DNA from: a virus
Lineage: Duplodnaviria; Caudoviricetes
Virus record (IMG/VR): IMGVR_UViG_3300038312_000108
Coordinates: 1-29,978 of that record
Strand: one strand, 5' to 3'
Length of the DNA stretch: 29,978 nt
Shown in pieces: positions 1-9,397 of the stretch (its first letter is position 1; each line of letters starts with the position of its first letter). The notes below the pieces were generated by a model. It was not told the DNA's origin. It did not search any database and saw only the letters and a program-made list of their open reading frames with translations. The translations under genes and the position numbers were made by a program.

Positions 1-639
1 AGATTTAAAAATAATGTGGATATTATTGATTTAAAAGTGGGTGATTTTAAATCACTGACTTTAGAGATGGGATATACCAATCAATCATATGCAAATGCAA
101 ATAATATTTATATTTTATCTGAACGTGGTTATGCAAAACTTCTTAAAATTCTTGAAGATGATAAAGCATGGGAGCAATATGACAAACTTGTTGATGGATA
201 TTTTGAGATGAGAAAAACAATTAAGGAACAAAAGCAAGTAACGTCGCCAGAAGATAAATTAAAGCTTGCAGATGCACGAGTAAGAAATGCAAAGGCAAGA
301 CAGGCTAATGTTCTCTTAAAAATAGCGAACCAAGCCGGTTTAAATAAAACTTATAAGCAAGTACTTTTCTCTTATGCAAGTGCAATTATAGCAGACAAGC
401 CACTAATTCCATTACCAGAGCTTGAAGAAGAAACCTTAACAGCTGAAGAAGTCGGAAACCAGTTAGGTATTACAGCCAATATGGTAGGCAGGATAGCAAA
501 AGCGAATAATCTTAAAATTGAAAGGTATGGAAAATGGTTCCACGATAAGTCAAGGTATTCCAACAAAGAGGTACCAAGCTTCAGATATTACCAAAATGTT
601 ATTCCGGTAATAAGACAAATACTTAAGGAGGTGAATTAA
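1..639 (+). CDS. Phage antirepressor (ORF6N-like), 5'-truncated by window edge
   Basis: Frame is open from base 1 (RFKNNVDIIDLK). Has 'NIYILSERGYAKLLKILEDDKAWEQYDKLVDGYF', typical of ORF6N antirepressors, and a C-terminal HTH-like 'TAEEVGNQLGITANMVGRIA'. Confidence 0.75.
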   Translation, partial: RFKNNVDIIDLKVGDFKSLTLEMGYTNQSYANANNIYILSERGYAKLLKILEDDKAWEQYDKLVDGYFEMRKTIKEQKQVTSPEDKLKLADARVRNAKARQANVLLKIANQAGLNKTYKQVLFSYASAIIADKPLIPLPELEEETLTAEEVGNQLGITANMVGRIAKANNLKIERYGKWFHDKSRYSNKEVPSFRYYQNVIPVIRQILKEVN

Positions 640-640
640 T

Positions 641-772
641 ATGAGCAAAAAATATGAAGTTGCTGATTGGTTAACATTAGAAAGCGCTGAATCAATACAT
701 GAAGTTGGTGTAGCTCTTGTAATTACGGACGGAAAATATGCACAAATTGTAAAAGAAGATGATGAAAATTAA
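641..772 (+). CDS. Small hypothetical protein (43 aa, MSKKYEVADW...)
   Basis: Manual translation; strong RBS AAGGAGGTG upstream; overlaps start of next gene. Confidence 0.65.
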   Translation: MSKKYEVADWLTLESAESIHEVGVALVITDGKYAQIVKEDDEN

Positions 773-2003
773 ATTGTATCCACATCAAGTACAAGCCTTA
801 GAAAAAACTAAAAATTTTAATCATGTAGCTTATTACTTAGATATGGGACTTGGAAAGACTTTTATAGGCAGCGAGAAATTAAAAGAGCTCAATACCAACA
901 ATAACTTAATCATCTGCCAAAAATCAAAATTACAAGATTGGTATGAGCACATGAAAACTTATTACCCAGAGTATGACACATTTATTTACAGTAAGACAAG
1001 AGAAATACCACCTAAGTCAGTAATTATTATAAATTATGACTTAGTTTGGAGAAGACCGGAATTAGCTGACCTTAAAGATTTTACATTAATGTTGGATGAA
1101 TCAAGTTTAATACAAAATGAAAAATCTAATCGTAGCAAATTTATTCTTAAGATGAAACCAACAAATGTAATACTATTATCCGGTACTCCGACAGGAGGAA
1201 AGTATGAACAACTATGGAGTCAGTTAAAACTCTTAGGCTGGAATATCAGTAAACGTCTTTACTGGGATGAATTTATCAAATTTGTAAAGATTGATGTTGG
1301 AGGATTTCCAATTAAAAAAGTTACTGGATATAAGAATGTAGATAGGCTCAAAGATAAGTTACGCACACATGGAGCAATATTCATGAAGTCAGATGAAGTA
1401 TTTCAGCTACCTAAACAGATTGAAAATATCATCAAAGTTGATAATACAAAAGAATATAAAAAGTTCAATAAAGATAGGCTGATAAAGATTGATGATACTG
1501 AATTAGTTGGAGATACTTCACTTACTAAAATGCTTTATTTAAGACAGTTATCTTCACAATACAACAGTAATAAAACAGCCGCACTTAAAGATTTACTTGA
1601 ATCAACAAATGATAGAGTAATCGTATTTTACAACTTTGATAAGGAATTAGAAATAATTCAGGAGATATGCAATAAACTTGAAAAACCAATAAGTATGATA
1701 AATGGTCATGAAAAGAATCTGAAGAATTTTACCGAATGTAATGATTGTGTTTTATTAGGACAATATCAAGCTGCAGCTATGGGATTAAATTTACAGCTAA
1801 GTAACAAAATTATTTATTTCAGTTTACCGTTACAGTCAGAACTATTTATGCAAAGTAAAAAAAGAATTCACAGAATAGGTCAGGATAAAACTTGTTTTTA
1901 TTGGTATTTGATAACTAAGAACAGTATTGAAGAACAGATATTTAAGATATTGAAGCAAAGACGTGATTACACAAACAAATTGTTTGAGGAGAGTGATATG
2001 TAA
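759..2003 (+). CDS. SNF2-family (SF2) helicase
   Basis: LYPHQ, DMGLGKT (motif I), LDESS (II), LSGTP (III), GLNLQ (V), QSKKRIHRIGQ (VI). Confidence 0.92.
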   Translation: MMKIKLYPHQVQALEKTKNFNHVAYYLDMGLGKTFIGSEKLKELNTNNNLIICQKSKLQDWYEHMKTYYPEYDTFIYSKTREIPPKSVIIINYDLVWRRPELADLKDFTLMLDESSLIQNEKSNRSKFILKMKPTNVILLSGTPTGGKYEQLWSQLKLLGWNISKRLYWDEFIKFVKIDVGGFPIKKVTGYKNVDRLKDKLRTHGAIFMKSDEVFQLPKQIENIIKVDNTKEYKKFNKDRLIKIDDTELVGDTSLTKMLYLRQLSSQYNSNKTAALKDLLESTNDRVIVFYNFDKELEIIQEICNKLEKPISMINGHEKNLKNFTECNDCVLLGQYQAAAMGLNLQLSNKIIYFSLPLQSELFMQSKKRIHRIGQDKTCFYWYLITKNSIEEQIFKILKQRRDYTNKLFEESDM

Positions 2004-2498
2004 ATGAAATCAATTCAAGAGTTAGCACAGGAAATGACCAAAGAAGAATTCCTTAAATATGCTGATGATGAACAGTTATGTCCTATCACATTTAAATTAA
2101 ATGGTTCTATTGATGAAAAAAATTGTGATGAAGGACAGGATAATGATGAATGTCGTGAGTGTTGGAATGAAGCTATTAAAGATATTCATTTTAAAGATGA
2201 ATCGTTACAGTTATTTCAACAGGAAACATCATCAATACTTACTCAATTAGCTCAAGCGGAAGATACCTATAAAAAATTATCAGAGCAGAGGGACAAGCTG
2301 AAAGCTCAGTTATTAGAAGCTATGGATAAATATAGCCTGGATAAATGGGAGAATGATAAATTCAGTATTACTTACGTTAAAGGCGGAACAACTACGACAA
2401 TTGATAGTAAAAAAGTTAAGGAACTTTATCCTGATATATTTCAAGAGTGCAGCAAGATATCAAATAGAAAAGCTTCAATCAGGTTCAACGTAAAATGA
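2004..2498 (+). CDS. Hypothetical phage protein (coiled-coil, Cys-containing N-terminus)
   Basis: RBS GAGGAG, tightly coupled to neighbours; no recognised family. Confidence 0.7.
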   Translation: MKSIQELAQEMTKEEFLKYADDEQLCPITFKLNGSIDEKNCDEGQDNDECRECWNEAIKDIHFKDESLQLFQQETSSILTQLAQAEDTYKKLSEQRDKLKAQLLEAMDKYSLDKWENDKFSITYVKGGTTTTIDSKKVKELYPDIFQECSKISNRKASIRFNVK

Positions 2499-2800
2499 CA
2501 GAATCACAATTCCAACAAAAAGTAATACAGTTTTTAAAATCTATTGGAGCATATGAAGTGAAAGTTTGGGGCGGAGGATTTCAAAAGGCAGGTATTCCAG
2601 ATTTACTTGTTTGTTATCATGGCAAATTTATTGGAATAGAGCTTAAAACTGATAAAGGTAACGCTTCAGTACTTCAAAAGTATAATATATCTAAAATTCA
2701 GGATGCCGGAGGAATGGGAATTATCTTAAGACCAAGAACATTCAAGAAATTCAGATATGAAATTTTAAGAGAAGACATTAAACAGGATGAATATGAGTAA
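2495..2800 (+). CDS. VRR-NUC domain nuclease
   Basis: ESQFQQKVI...AGIPDLL...FIGIELK...LQ motif pattern. Confidence 0.88.
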   Translation: MTESQFQQKVIQFLKSIGAYEVKVWGGGFQKAGIPDLLVCYHGKFIGIELKTDKGNASVLQKYNISKIQDAGGMGIILRPRTFKKFRYEILREDIKQDEYE

Positions 2801-2816
2801 AGGCAGGTGATTAATA

Positions 2817-3614
2817 TTGCAATTTTCACATAGTCGTATAGAAACATTCAAGAGCTGCTTATATAAATACAAATTACGTTATATAGACAAGCTCCAGACC
2901 GTTCCAGATCAGGCAGCTGATAATGCTCTTTATCTTGGAACTGCACTACACAAAGGTATTGAAACAGATATTGCAACAGCTATAAGAGAGTATTTTAATA
3001 ACTACTATGTAGTAACTGATCAGCAGATTAATGAAGCAATTAAACTTGAATACTTAATACCCAAAGTCAAAGAAATGCTTAAAGATATAAATATTTATGC
3101 TCAAGAGTACAAAATATCTTCAAACAGGTTTATTGGTTATGCTGATTTAATAACTAAAAATAAAGATGGCACAGTTGATATATTTGATTTTAAGTACAGC
3201 AACAATATTCAAAACTATTTAGAATCGGACCAATTACACATATATAAATATTTCTTGGAGCAACAGGGATTTAAAGTTGATAAATTAGGATTTATATTCA
3301 TTCCTAAAATATCAATTAAAGAGAAAAAAACAGAAGATATATATCAATTTAGGAAAAGACTTGTTGCTGAATTAGAAACCGCTGAAATTAAAATATTACC
3401 AATAAGCTATGACGGAAATAAAGTTGCAGAGTTTTTCAATAACGTAATTGATACTTATGAAATTACTGAATACACAAAAAATCCAACACGTTTATGTGAT
3501 TGGTGTGATTATAAACTGTTCTGCCAAGATGGACAAGACTGGATGTTACTTCATAAAGAGGATGACTCAATTGTTACCAAAGAAGAGATTGAAAAATTAA
3601 AAAGTACCACATAA
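2817..3614 (+). CDS. PD-(D/E)XK (Cas4/RecB-like) exonuclease
   Basis: FSHSRIETFKSC, GTALH, GYADL..DFK, QLHIY, C-terminal CDWCDYKLFC cysteine cluster. Confidence 0.88.
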   Translation: MQFSHSRIETFKSCLYKYKLRYIDKLQTVPDQAADNALYLGTALHKGIETDIATAIREYFNNYYVVTDQQINEAIKLEYLIPKVKEMLKDINIYAQEYKISSNRFIGYADLITKNKDGTVDIFDFKYSNNIQNYLESDQLHIYKYFLEQQGFKVDKLGFIFIPKISIKEKKTEDIYQFRKRLVAELETAEIKILPISYDGNKVAEFFNNVIDTYEITEYTKNPTRLCDWCDYKLFCQDGQDWMLLHKEDDSIVTKEEIEKLKSTT

Positions 3615-3628
3615 ATCATATATGGTAC
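3600..3628 (-). terminator. Hairpin terminator for the minus-strand HTH gene; left edge of cassette 1
   Basis: GTACCA (3604-3609) / TGGTAC (3623-3628) stem followed by a T-run on the minus strand. Confidence 0.45.
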
Positions 3629-3638
3629 CTAACAAAAA

Positions 3639-3851
3639 TTAAATTTCTTCTTTTGTATCATTAAGAATGAAAGAAGCTTTATATTCGCAATCAAGAGCAT
3701 TTGCAATATCAATAAGTTCTTTTTCTGAAAAATTATCACGTTTTAATTTATTACTTAAATTTGATGATTTAGTATCAAGTTTTTCAGATAATTCTTTTAA
3801 AGTAACGTTCCTTTTAATTAATAATATTTTGATTTTTTTGCTCATTGCCAT
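3639..3851 (-). CDS. XRE/Cro-like HTH transcriptional regulator
   Basis: 'TLKELSEKLDTKSSNLSNKLKRDNFSEKELIDIANALDC'; RBS AGGAGGTG (3858-3865) favours the ATG at 3851. Confidence 0.85.
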   Translation of the reverse strand: MAMSKKIKILLIKRNVTLKELSEKLDTKSSNLSNKLKRDNFSEKELIDIANALDCEYKASFILNDTKEEI

Positions 3852-3869
3852 AATGAACACCTCCTAAAT

Positions 3870-3978
3870 AATATATTAACTCATAAGTGAATATATTTCA
3901 ATATTTATTAATAAAATAACTTAAATTTAAAATAATTCATTAAATAGTTATTGACACGTTCACTTAAAAGTGTATAAT
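3870..3978. promoter_or_regulatory. Divergent sigma-A promoters with repeated operator TTCACTTAnnAGT
   Basis: + strand TTGACA (3951)-16 nt-TATAAT (3973). Minus strand TTGAAA (3901)-17 nt-TAATAT. Spacers contain TTCACTTAAAAGTGTA (3959-3974) and TTCACTTATGAGTTAA (3891-3876, minus). Confidence 0.75.
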
Positions 3979-4021
3979 ATAATTATAAAGTAAATTTATT
4001 CATTACAAAGGAGTGAAATTA

Positions 4022-4654
4022 ATGGGCGTACAAAAAGATTTGAGAGGATTACGTTTTGGAAAGTTATTAGTAATGGATTATGCATCAAAAATAAAGGGGA
4101 GAACAGCTTATCTTTGTAAATGTGATTGTGAAAATGAAAAAATTGTTTTAAGCCAGTCCTTAACATCTGGTAATACAAAATCATGTGGCTGTTTAAGAAA
4201 AAAGACTACCAGTAATAATTTTAAAACATACGGATTAAGCAAAACACGATTATATAGAATTTATAGAAATATGATTCAAAGATGTTATAACCCTAAAAAT
4301 ACAAGATATAACCGTTATGGTGCAAAAGGAATAAGAATCTGTAATGAATGGTTACATGATTTCAAAAAGTTTTATGACTAGGCTATGAATAACGGTTATA
4401 AAGATGATTTAAGTATTGACAGAATTAATGTTAATGGAAATTATGAACCTTCAAATTGTAGATGGGCTAATAATAGAACACAGCAAAATAATTTAAGCAC
4501 AAATAAAAATATAACATTTAATAATAAAACGCAAACATTGTCGGAATGGTGTAAAGAATTAAATTTAAATTATCATACGACAGTTTGTAGATTATCCAGA
4601 GGTTGGGACATAAAAAAAGCTTTCACAACCTCAACAAATAAAAAGGAGATGTAA
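4022..4654 (+). pseudogene. HNH-like homing endonuclease (AP2-associated family) interrupted by an in-frame TAG at 4379-4381
   Basis: ORFs 4013-4381 and 4385-4654 share a frame: CKCDC..SCGC, YGAKGIRICNEW, FYD*AMNNGY, SIDRINVNGNYEPSNCRWA. The stop sits at the position that is Trp (TGG) in this family as I recall it. Confidence 0.82.
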
Positions 4655-4661
4655 ATATACA

Positions 4662-5636
4662 ATGTTATTACCTGAAAATAAGAGAAGAGAAAAGAAAATT
4701 GATACTAATCCAGATATGTGGTTATACGGTGCTTCTTACGCTGGAAAATCAACGTTCGTTGATCAGCTTGATGATTTACTGTTTCTTAATACAGATGGAA
4801 ATATTGATAATACTACTTCACCAGTAATAAGAATTAAGGATGAAATTACTACTACAGGAAGACTTACAACAAGAAAATTTGCATGGGAAGTATTTACTGA
4901 AGCAATTGCTGAACTTGAAAAGAAAGATAACACATATAAGAGAGTTGCACTTGATTTAGTTGAAGATCTTTATGAAGCTTGCAGACTTTATATGTATAAC
5001 AAACTTGGTATAGAGCATGAACAGGATGCTGGGTACGGCAAAGGTTGGGATATGGTGAGAACTGAATTTTTAAGTAATATAAAAAGGCTTAAGAACTGCG
5101 GATACCAAATAATTTATATATCAAAAGAGGTTACTTCTGAAATTATTAAGAAAAATGGGGACAAGATAACAACTATTAAACCTAATATTCCAGATAAGGT
5201 TGCAAATGTATTAGCCGGCACGGTTGACTTGACTGCTAGAGTTGTTGCTGATGGAGATAACAGGTACTTAAGTTTTAAGAATTCACCGTTTATATTTGGT
5301 GGCGGCAGATTTAACTTTGGTGTAAACCAAATAGAACTAAATAAAAAGAAATTTATCGAAACTTTAAAAAATGTACAAGCTGAAGGAAATAAAGTCAAGG
5401 AATTTCGGAACAATTCTACTGGAAATACAGAAACAGTTTCCAATGATGATACCGGAAGAACAGAAGAAAACCATGATAATACTACAACCAATAATACTGA
5501 AAACTCAGAACAGGAAACACCAAAAAGACATAGCAGAAGAGCACCTGAAGAAAATGAAGAGCAGCCAGTCCGCCATAGTAGAAGAAGACATGTAGAAACT
5601 GGTTCAAATATAAATAATGAAAGTGAGGATAAGTAA
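4662..5636 (+). CDS. AAA_24 / Sak4-like phage ATPase (recombinase)
   Basis: Walker A GASYAGKS, Walker B VALD, GYGKGW motif; low-complexity C-tail with RHSRR twice. Confidence 0.8.
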   Translation: MLLPENKRREKKIDTNPDMWLYGASYAGKSTFVDQLDDLLFLNTDGNIDNTTSPVIRIKDEITTTGRLTTRKFAWEVFTEAIAELEKKDNTYKRVALDLVEDLYEACRLYMYNKLGIEHEQDAGYGKGWDMVRTEFLSNIKRLKNCGYQIIYISKEVTSEIIKKNGDKITTIKPNIPDKVANVLAGTVDLTARVVADGDNRYLSFKNSPFIFGGGRFNFGVNQIELNKKKFIETLKNVQAEGNKVKEFRNNSTGNTETVSNDDTGRTEENHDNTTTNNTENSEQETPKRHSRRAPEENEEQPVRHSRRRHVETGSNINNESEDK

Positions 5637-5638
5637 CT

Positions 5639-5809
5639 ATGACAGAGAAAGAATTTAAAGGGTTTGTAAATACTGATATTATTAATTTTATGGAACAACA
5701 TCATCTTGATAAAATACAATGTCAGGATGAGGACGGTAATAAAGCTAAAATTGCAAGAAAATCTGATGATACTTTAAAAGTTGAAACAACTGTTTCAGAA
5801 ATAATGTAG
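5639..5809 (+). CDS. Small hypothetical protein (56 aa, MTEKEFKGFV...)
   Basis: Manual translation; fills the gap in the operon; GAGG upstream. Confidence 0.65.
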   Translation: MTEKEFKGFVNTDIINFMEQHHLDKIQCQDEDGNKAKIARKSDDTLKVETTVSEIM

Positions 5810-5823
5810 GGAGGTAATGATTA

Positions 5824-6270
5824 ATGGATATTTGGGAAAAGTTTGATAAAGAAATTGACGTTGAAGGTTTAAAACATGATGCTGAAGAAGCTGCTAAAAA
5901 CGGAGGTAATTTTAAAGAAGTACCTTATGGAACATATGAAGTAAAAGTTAACAAAATGGAACTTAAAGAAAGCAAAACAAATAAACCAATGCTTTCAGTA
6001 TGGTTCAAAATTCTTGAAGGAGAATATAAAAATTCATTAATATTCTACAATCAGGTATTAAGTACAGGCTTTGGTTTACACAATGCAGATGAATTTTTAA
6101 AGTCACTGGATTCTGGTATAAATGTAGAGTTTGTCAATTTCAAGCAATATAACAACATGATACTTGATATTGTTGAAGCAATTGATGGTGTACTTGAATA
6201 TGGTTTGGAATACAGTGAAGGTAAAAACGGATTCAGCAATTACAAAATTACTGATGTATTTGAAGTTTAA
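5824..6270 (+). CDS. DUF669-like putative single-stranded DNA-binding protein
   Basis: 'FKEVPYGTYEVKVNKMELKESK..KPMLSVWFKILEGEYKN' and position after a Sak4-like ATPase. Confidence 0.75.
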   Translation: MDIWEKFDKEIDVEGLKHDAEEAAKNGGNFKEVPYGTYEVKVNKMELKESKTNKPMLSVWFKILEGEYKNSLIFYNQVLSTGFGLHNADEFLKSLDSGINVEFVNFKQYNNMILDIVEAIDGVLEYGLEYSEGKNGFSNYKITDVFEV

Positions 6271-6278
6271 AGGATGGA

Positions 6279-6307
6279 GGGGAGCTGAGATATGTTCCCC
6301 TTATTTT
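6279..6307 (+). terminator. Hairpin, terminator-like
   Basis: AGGGGAGC...GTTCCCCT followed by TATTTT. Confidence 0.45.
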
Positions 6308-6324
6308 AAAAGTAAGGTGATTAA

Positions 6325-6459
6325 ATGTTCCCAAAATTAAAAAAGAAAAATAATCAATGCGAAAATTGCAATGAATATAAAAATAATAAATGCAAAAGAA
6401 TAGGTACTAATGGTCAAATAGGCATCTGCTGGATGGAAAAATCAGAAGGGGAATATTAA
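6325..6459 (+). CDS. Small Cys-rich protein (44 aa)
   Basis: MFPKLKKKNNQCENCNEYKNNKCKRIGTNGQIGICWMEKSEGEY; RBS AAGGTGA. Confidence 0.55.
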   Translation: MFPKLKKKNNQCENCNEYKNNKCKRIGTNGQIGICWMEKSEGEY

Positions 6460-6471
6460 ATAAAAAAGTAG

Positions 6472-8175
6472 GTGATAAATGTGTTATTTTACGATTTTGA
6501 AGTTTTCACGCACGATTGGTTAGTTGTAATTATGGATACAGATACTCATAAAACAAGCCATATTATAAACGATAGGAAGGCTCTTATAAGTTTTTATGAA
6601 CAACACAAGGATAATATATGGTGCGGATATAATTCACGCTCATATGACCAATATATCTTAAAATCCATATTATTAGACTTCAATCCCAAAGAAGTTAATG
6701 ACTGGATTATTAAAGACCATAAACCTGCATGGCAGTATTCTTCATTATTTAATAAAATACAATTATTTAACTATGATGTTATGACAGATAGAGGTCATTC
6801 ATTAAAACAGCTTGAAGGCTTCTTAGGTAACAATATCAAAGAAACATCAGTGCCATTTGATATTGATAGAAAATTAACTGCTGCTGAGATTCAGGAAACA
6901 ATAAAATATTGTACATCTGATGTAATGAATACAATAAATGTTTTTATTCAGCGTAAAGAAGAATTTACATCACAAATGTCATTAATAAAAACATTCAATT
7001 TACCACTTCAATATATAGGTAAAACTAAGCCGCAGCTATCAGCAATAATTCTTGGAGCCTCAAGACGTGAATATAATGATGAATTTGATATTACTATACC
7101 TGATACACTTAAAATTAAAAAATATCAATATATAGTTGATTGGTATAAGAATCCTGAAAACAGAAACTATGAAAAATCACTTGAAACAGAAGTTGCAGGA
7201 GTACCTCATATATTTGCCTGGGGCGGTGTTCATGGGGCAATAGAAAAATACAAAGGTGAAGGACTATTCATAAATTGTGATGTCCAGTCATTGTATCCAA
7301 GCATAATGATTGAATATGGTTATCTCTCACGTAATGTATCTGAACCAAAGAAATACGCTGAAATTAAAAGGACCAGATTAAAACTTAAAAAAGAAAAAAA
7401 TCCAATGCAGGCACCTTATAAAATTGTACTCAATAGTACCTATGGAGCTATGAAAGATAAATATAATCAGCTGTATGATCCTTTGATGGCTAATAACGTA
7501 TGTATAACGGGACAACTCTTATTATTAGACCTCATAGAGCATATAGAGCCGTACTGTAAATTAATTCAGAGTAATACTGATGGATTATTTTTAAAAGTTG
7601 ATAGTAAAGATACATTTGAAAAAATAAAAACTGTAGCTCATGAATGGGAAGTAAGAACACATTTAAATCTCGAATGGGATACATTTTCAAAGATATTTCA
7701 GAAAGATGTTAATAACTATGTAGTCATTCATGAAGACGGCAGCTATAAAAGTAAAGGTGCTTATGTTAAAAAACTTTCAACACTGGATAATGACTTACCA
7801 ATAGTAAACCGAAGTTTGATTGATTATTTCACAAAAGGAATACCAGTTCAGGAGACTATAAATAATTGTAATGATTTATTACAATTTCAGAAAGTAGTTA
7901 AAGCTTCATCAAAATATAAATGTGCTATGTATGGAAATACAATACTGAATGAAAGATGTTTAAGAGTATTTGCTTCAAGGTCCAGAAATGAAAAAGGAGT
8001 ATACAAGCTGAAAGCTGAAGGTAAAAATCCTGAAAAGTTTGCAGGTACTCCTGAAAGATGTTTCATTTTAAATGATGATATTAAAGGAATGAATATTCCA
8101 AGAAAGCTGGACCGTAAGTGGTATATTGAAACAGCATTAAAAAGACTTGAAGACTTTGGAGTTGATAATGAATGA
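6472..8175 (+). CDS. Family B DNA polymerase with 3'-5' exonuclease domain
   Basis: ExoI YDFE, ExoII GYNSRSYD, ExoIII YCTSD; polymerase motifs DVQSLYPS, KIVLNSTYG, NTDG. Confidence 0.92.
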   Translation: MINVLFYDFEVFTHDWLVVIMDTDTHKTSHIINDRKALISFYEQHKDNIWCGYNSRSYDQYILKSILLDFNPKEVNDWIIKDHKPAWQYSSLFNKIQLFNYDVMTDRGHSLKQLEGFLGNNIKETSVPFDIDRKLTAAEIQETIKYCTSDVMNTINVFIQRKEEFTSQMSLIKTFNLPLQYIGKTKPQLSAIILGASRREYNDEFDITIPDTLKIKKYQYIVDWYKNPENRNYEKSLETEVAGVPHIFAWGGVHGAIEKYKGEGLFINCDVQSLYPSIMIEYGYLSRNVSEPKKYAEIKRTRLKLKKEKNPMQAPYKIVLNSTYGAMKDKYNQLYDPLMANNVCITGQLLLLDLIEHIEPYCKLIQSNTDGLFLKVDSKDTFEKIKTVAHEWEVRTHLNLEWDTFSKIFQKDVNNYVVIHEDGSYKSKGAYVKKLSTLDNDLPIVNRSLIDYFTKGIPVQETINNCNDLLQFQKVVKASSKYKCAMYGNTILNERCLRVFASRSRNEKGVYKLKAEGKNPEKFAGTPERCFILNDDIKGMNIPRKLDRKWYIETALKRLEDFGVDNE

Positions 8176-8300
8176 TAAATCAATATTCTAAAAATTGTAC
8201 AGGCTGTATTTATCACATAAAAGGATGCATTATCGGAAAATGCCATCCAAATTGCAAGAAAAAAATCGTGAAAAAGGAGAAGATAAAAAATGAAAATTAG
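8172..8300 (+). CDS. Small Cys-rich protein (42 aa)
   Basis: MINQYSKNCTGCIYHIKGCIIGKCHPNCKKKIVKKEKIKNEN; ATGA overlap with the polymerase stop; overlaps the next start. Confidence 0.5.
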   Translation: MINQYSKNCTGCIYHIKGCIIGKCHPNCKKKIVKKEKIKNEN

Positions 8301-9390
8301 AATAAAATCCTATGAATTAAAATCAGTTCTTAAAAAATTTAAGAACTTAAAATATGAGAAACGTGACTTAAAAGATAAAGCTGCTGAGGAACTTCAAAAA
8401 TCACTCTATATAATAACTAAAGGCAGTAACGATACAGTAATTTTTAAAGTATGTAACGAAATAATTCAGATGGAAGTAGCTTCGCCTGCCGAAATAATAG
8501 AACCAGGTAATGCATTAATTCCAAACGAATTACTTTCGGTGATAGAATCCATAGAGGAACCTGAAGTAATAATTACAAATGATAAAATTCAATATGGACA
8601 AAATTCAATTGATTATGTGCCACTTAATTATGAATTTATCCAAATACATTCGACATGTCCTAAAAATAAACTATTTGAAGCACCTGAAAGTGAATTATAC
8701 GGGCTAATCAAAAATACTTCATATTGCATGAGTGAGGATAAAATAAGACCAATATTAACAGGGCTAAATATCCAAAAAAATAAAGCAGCAGCTTTAAATG
8801 GTTATACGTTAGCAGTTTGTGATACAGATAAATTTAATATTCATCCGTCAATAACGCTACCGGGTAATCTGGTTAAATTGTTATTAAAAGTCCTTAATAA
8901 AAGGTCAGAAAAAATAGTACAGATTTATACAGATGATGAAGCTGAGTATATAGAGATAGTTATTGAGGAGTTGGTCATAACATCCAAATTACTTGAAGGT
9001 GAATTTATAAAATACAGTTCAATAATACCTGAAGAATGTAGTTTAAAGATTAAAGCTGATCCTAAAAAGTTATATGAGAAAATGAAAGCAATGTTTAAAA
9101 TGACATTGGCAACAAAGGAAATTGCTATATTTACAATAGAGCAAGATAAATTAATAATAGAAAAAGTAAATACAATCAGCAAGATTCAAGAATCAATACC
9201 TATAGAAATATTAGAAAATGAAACAGAATTACCGTTTAAAATAGCTTCAAATCCTGCATACTGGAAAGAACCGTTAAAAAAGTATAAAAAGTGCACAATT
9301 GAATTTAGCACCAATGTTGGCCCCATAATTTTAAAAAATGATGCTGACTTAGATTTAATTTTACCGGTGAGAATAACTTCCAATTTTTAA
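8290..9390 (+). CDS. dnaN: DNA polymerase III beta sliding clamp-like protein
   Basis: 366 aa; 'DKIRPILTG', 'SKLLEGEFIKYSSIIP' and C-terminal 'LILPVR' match DnaN motifs; divergent overall. Confidence 0.8.
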   Translation: MKIRIKSYELKSVLKKFKNLKYEKRDLKDKAAEELQKSLYIITKGSNDTVIFKVCNEIIQMEVASPAEIIEPGNALIPNELLSVIESIEEPEVIITNDKIQYGQNSIDYVPLNYEFIQIHSTCPKNKLFEAPESELYGLIKNTSYCMSEDKIRPILTGLNIQKNKAAALNGYTLAVCDTDKFNIHPSITLPGNLVKLLLKVLNKRSEKIVQIYTDDEAEYIEIVIEELVITSKLLEGEFIKYSSIIPEECSLKIKADPKKLYEKMKAMFKMTLATKEIAIFTIEQDKLIIEKVNTISKIQESIPIEILENETELPFKIASNPAYWKEPLKKYKKCTIEFSTNVGPIILKNDADLDLILPVRITSNF

Positions 9391-9397
9391 TTTTACT

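Noticed and set aside
2817-3614. Cas4-like gene as evidence of CRISPR-Cas
   Set aside because: No repeat-spacer array or other cas genes; the context is a phage recombination module.
4379-4381. Genome-wide amber (TAG) recoding
   Set aside because: TAG is the evident true stop of several genes here (5809, 14776, 18212, 19994, 22640, 27137). The single internal TAG is one transition away from TGG.
3552-4661. Cassette 1 as an intron or IS element
   Set aside because: I see no group I P7 or group II domain V signatures, no transposase and no terminal inverted repeats. It contains an antisense gene and its own promoters.
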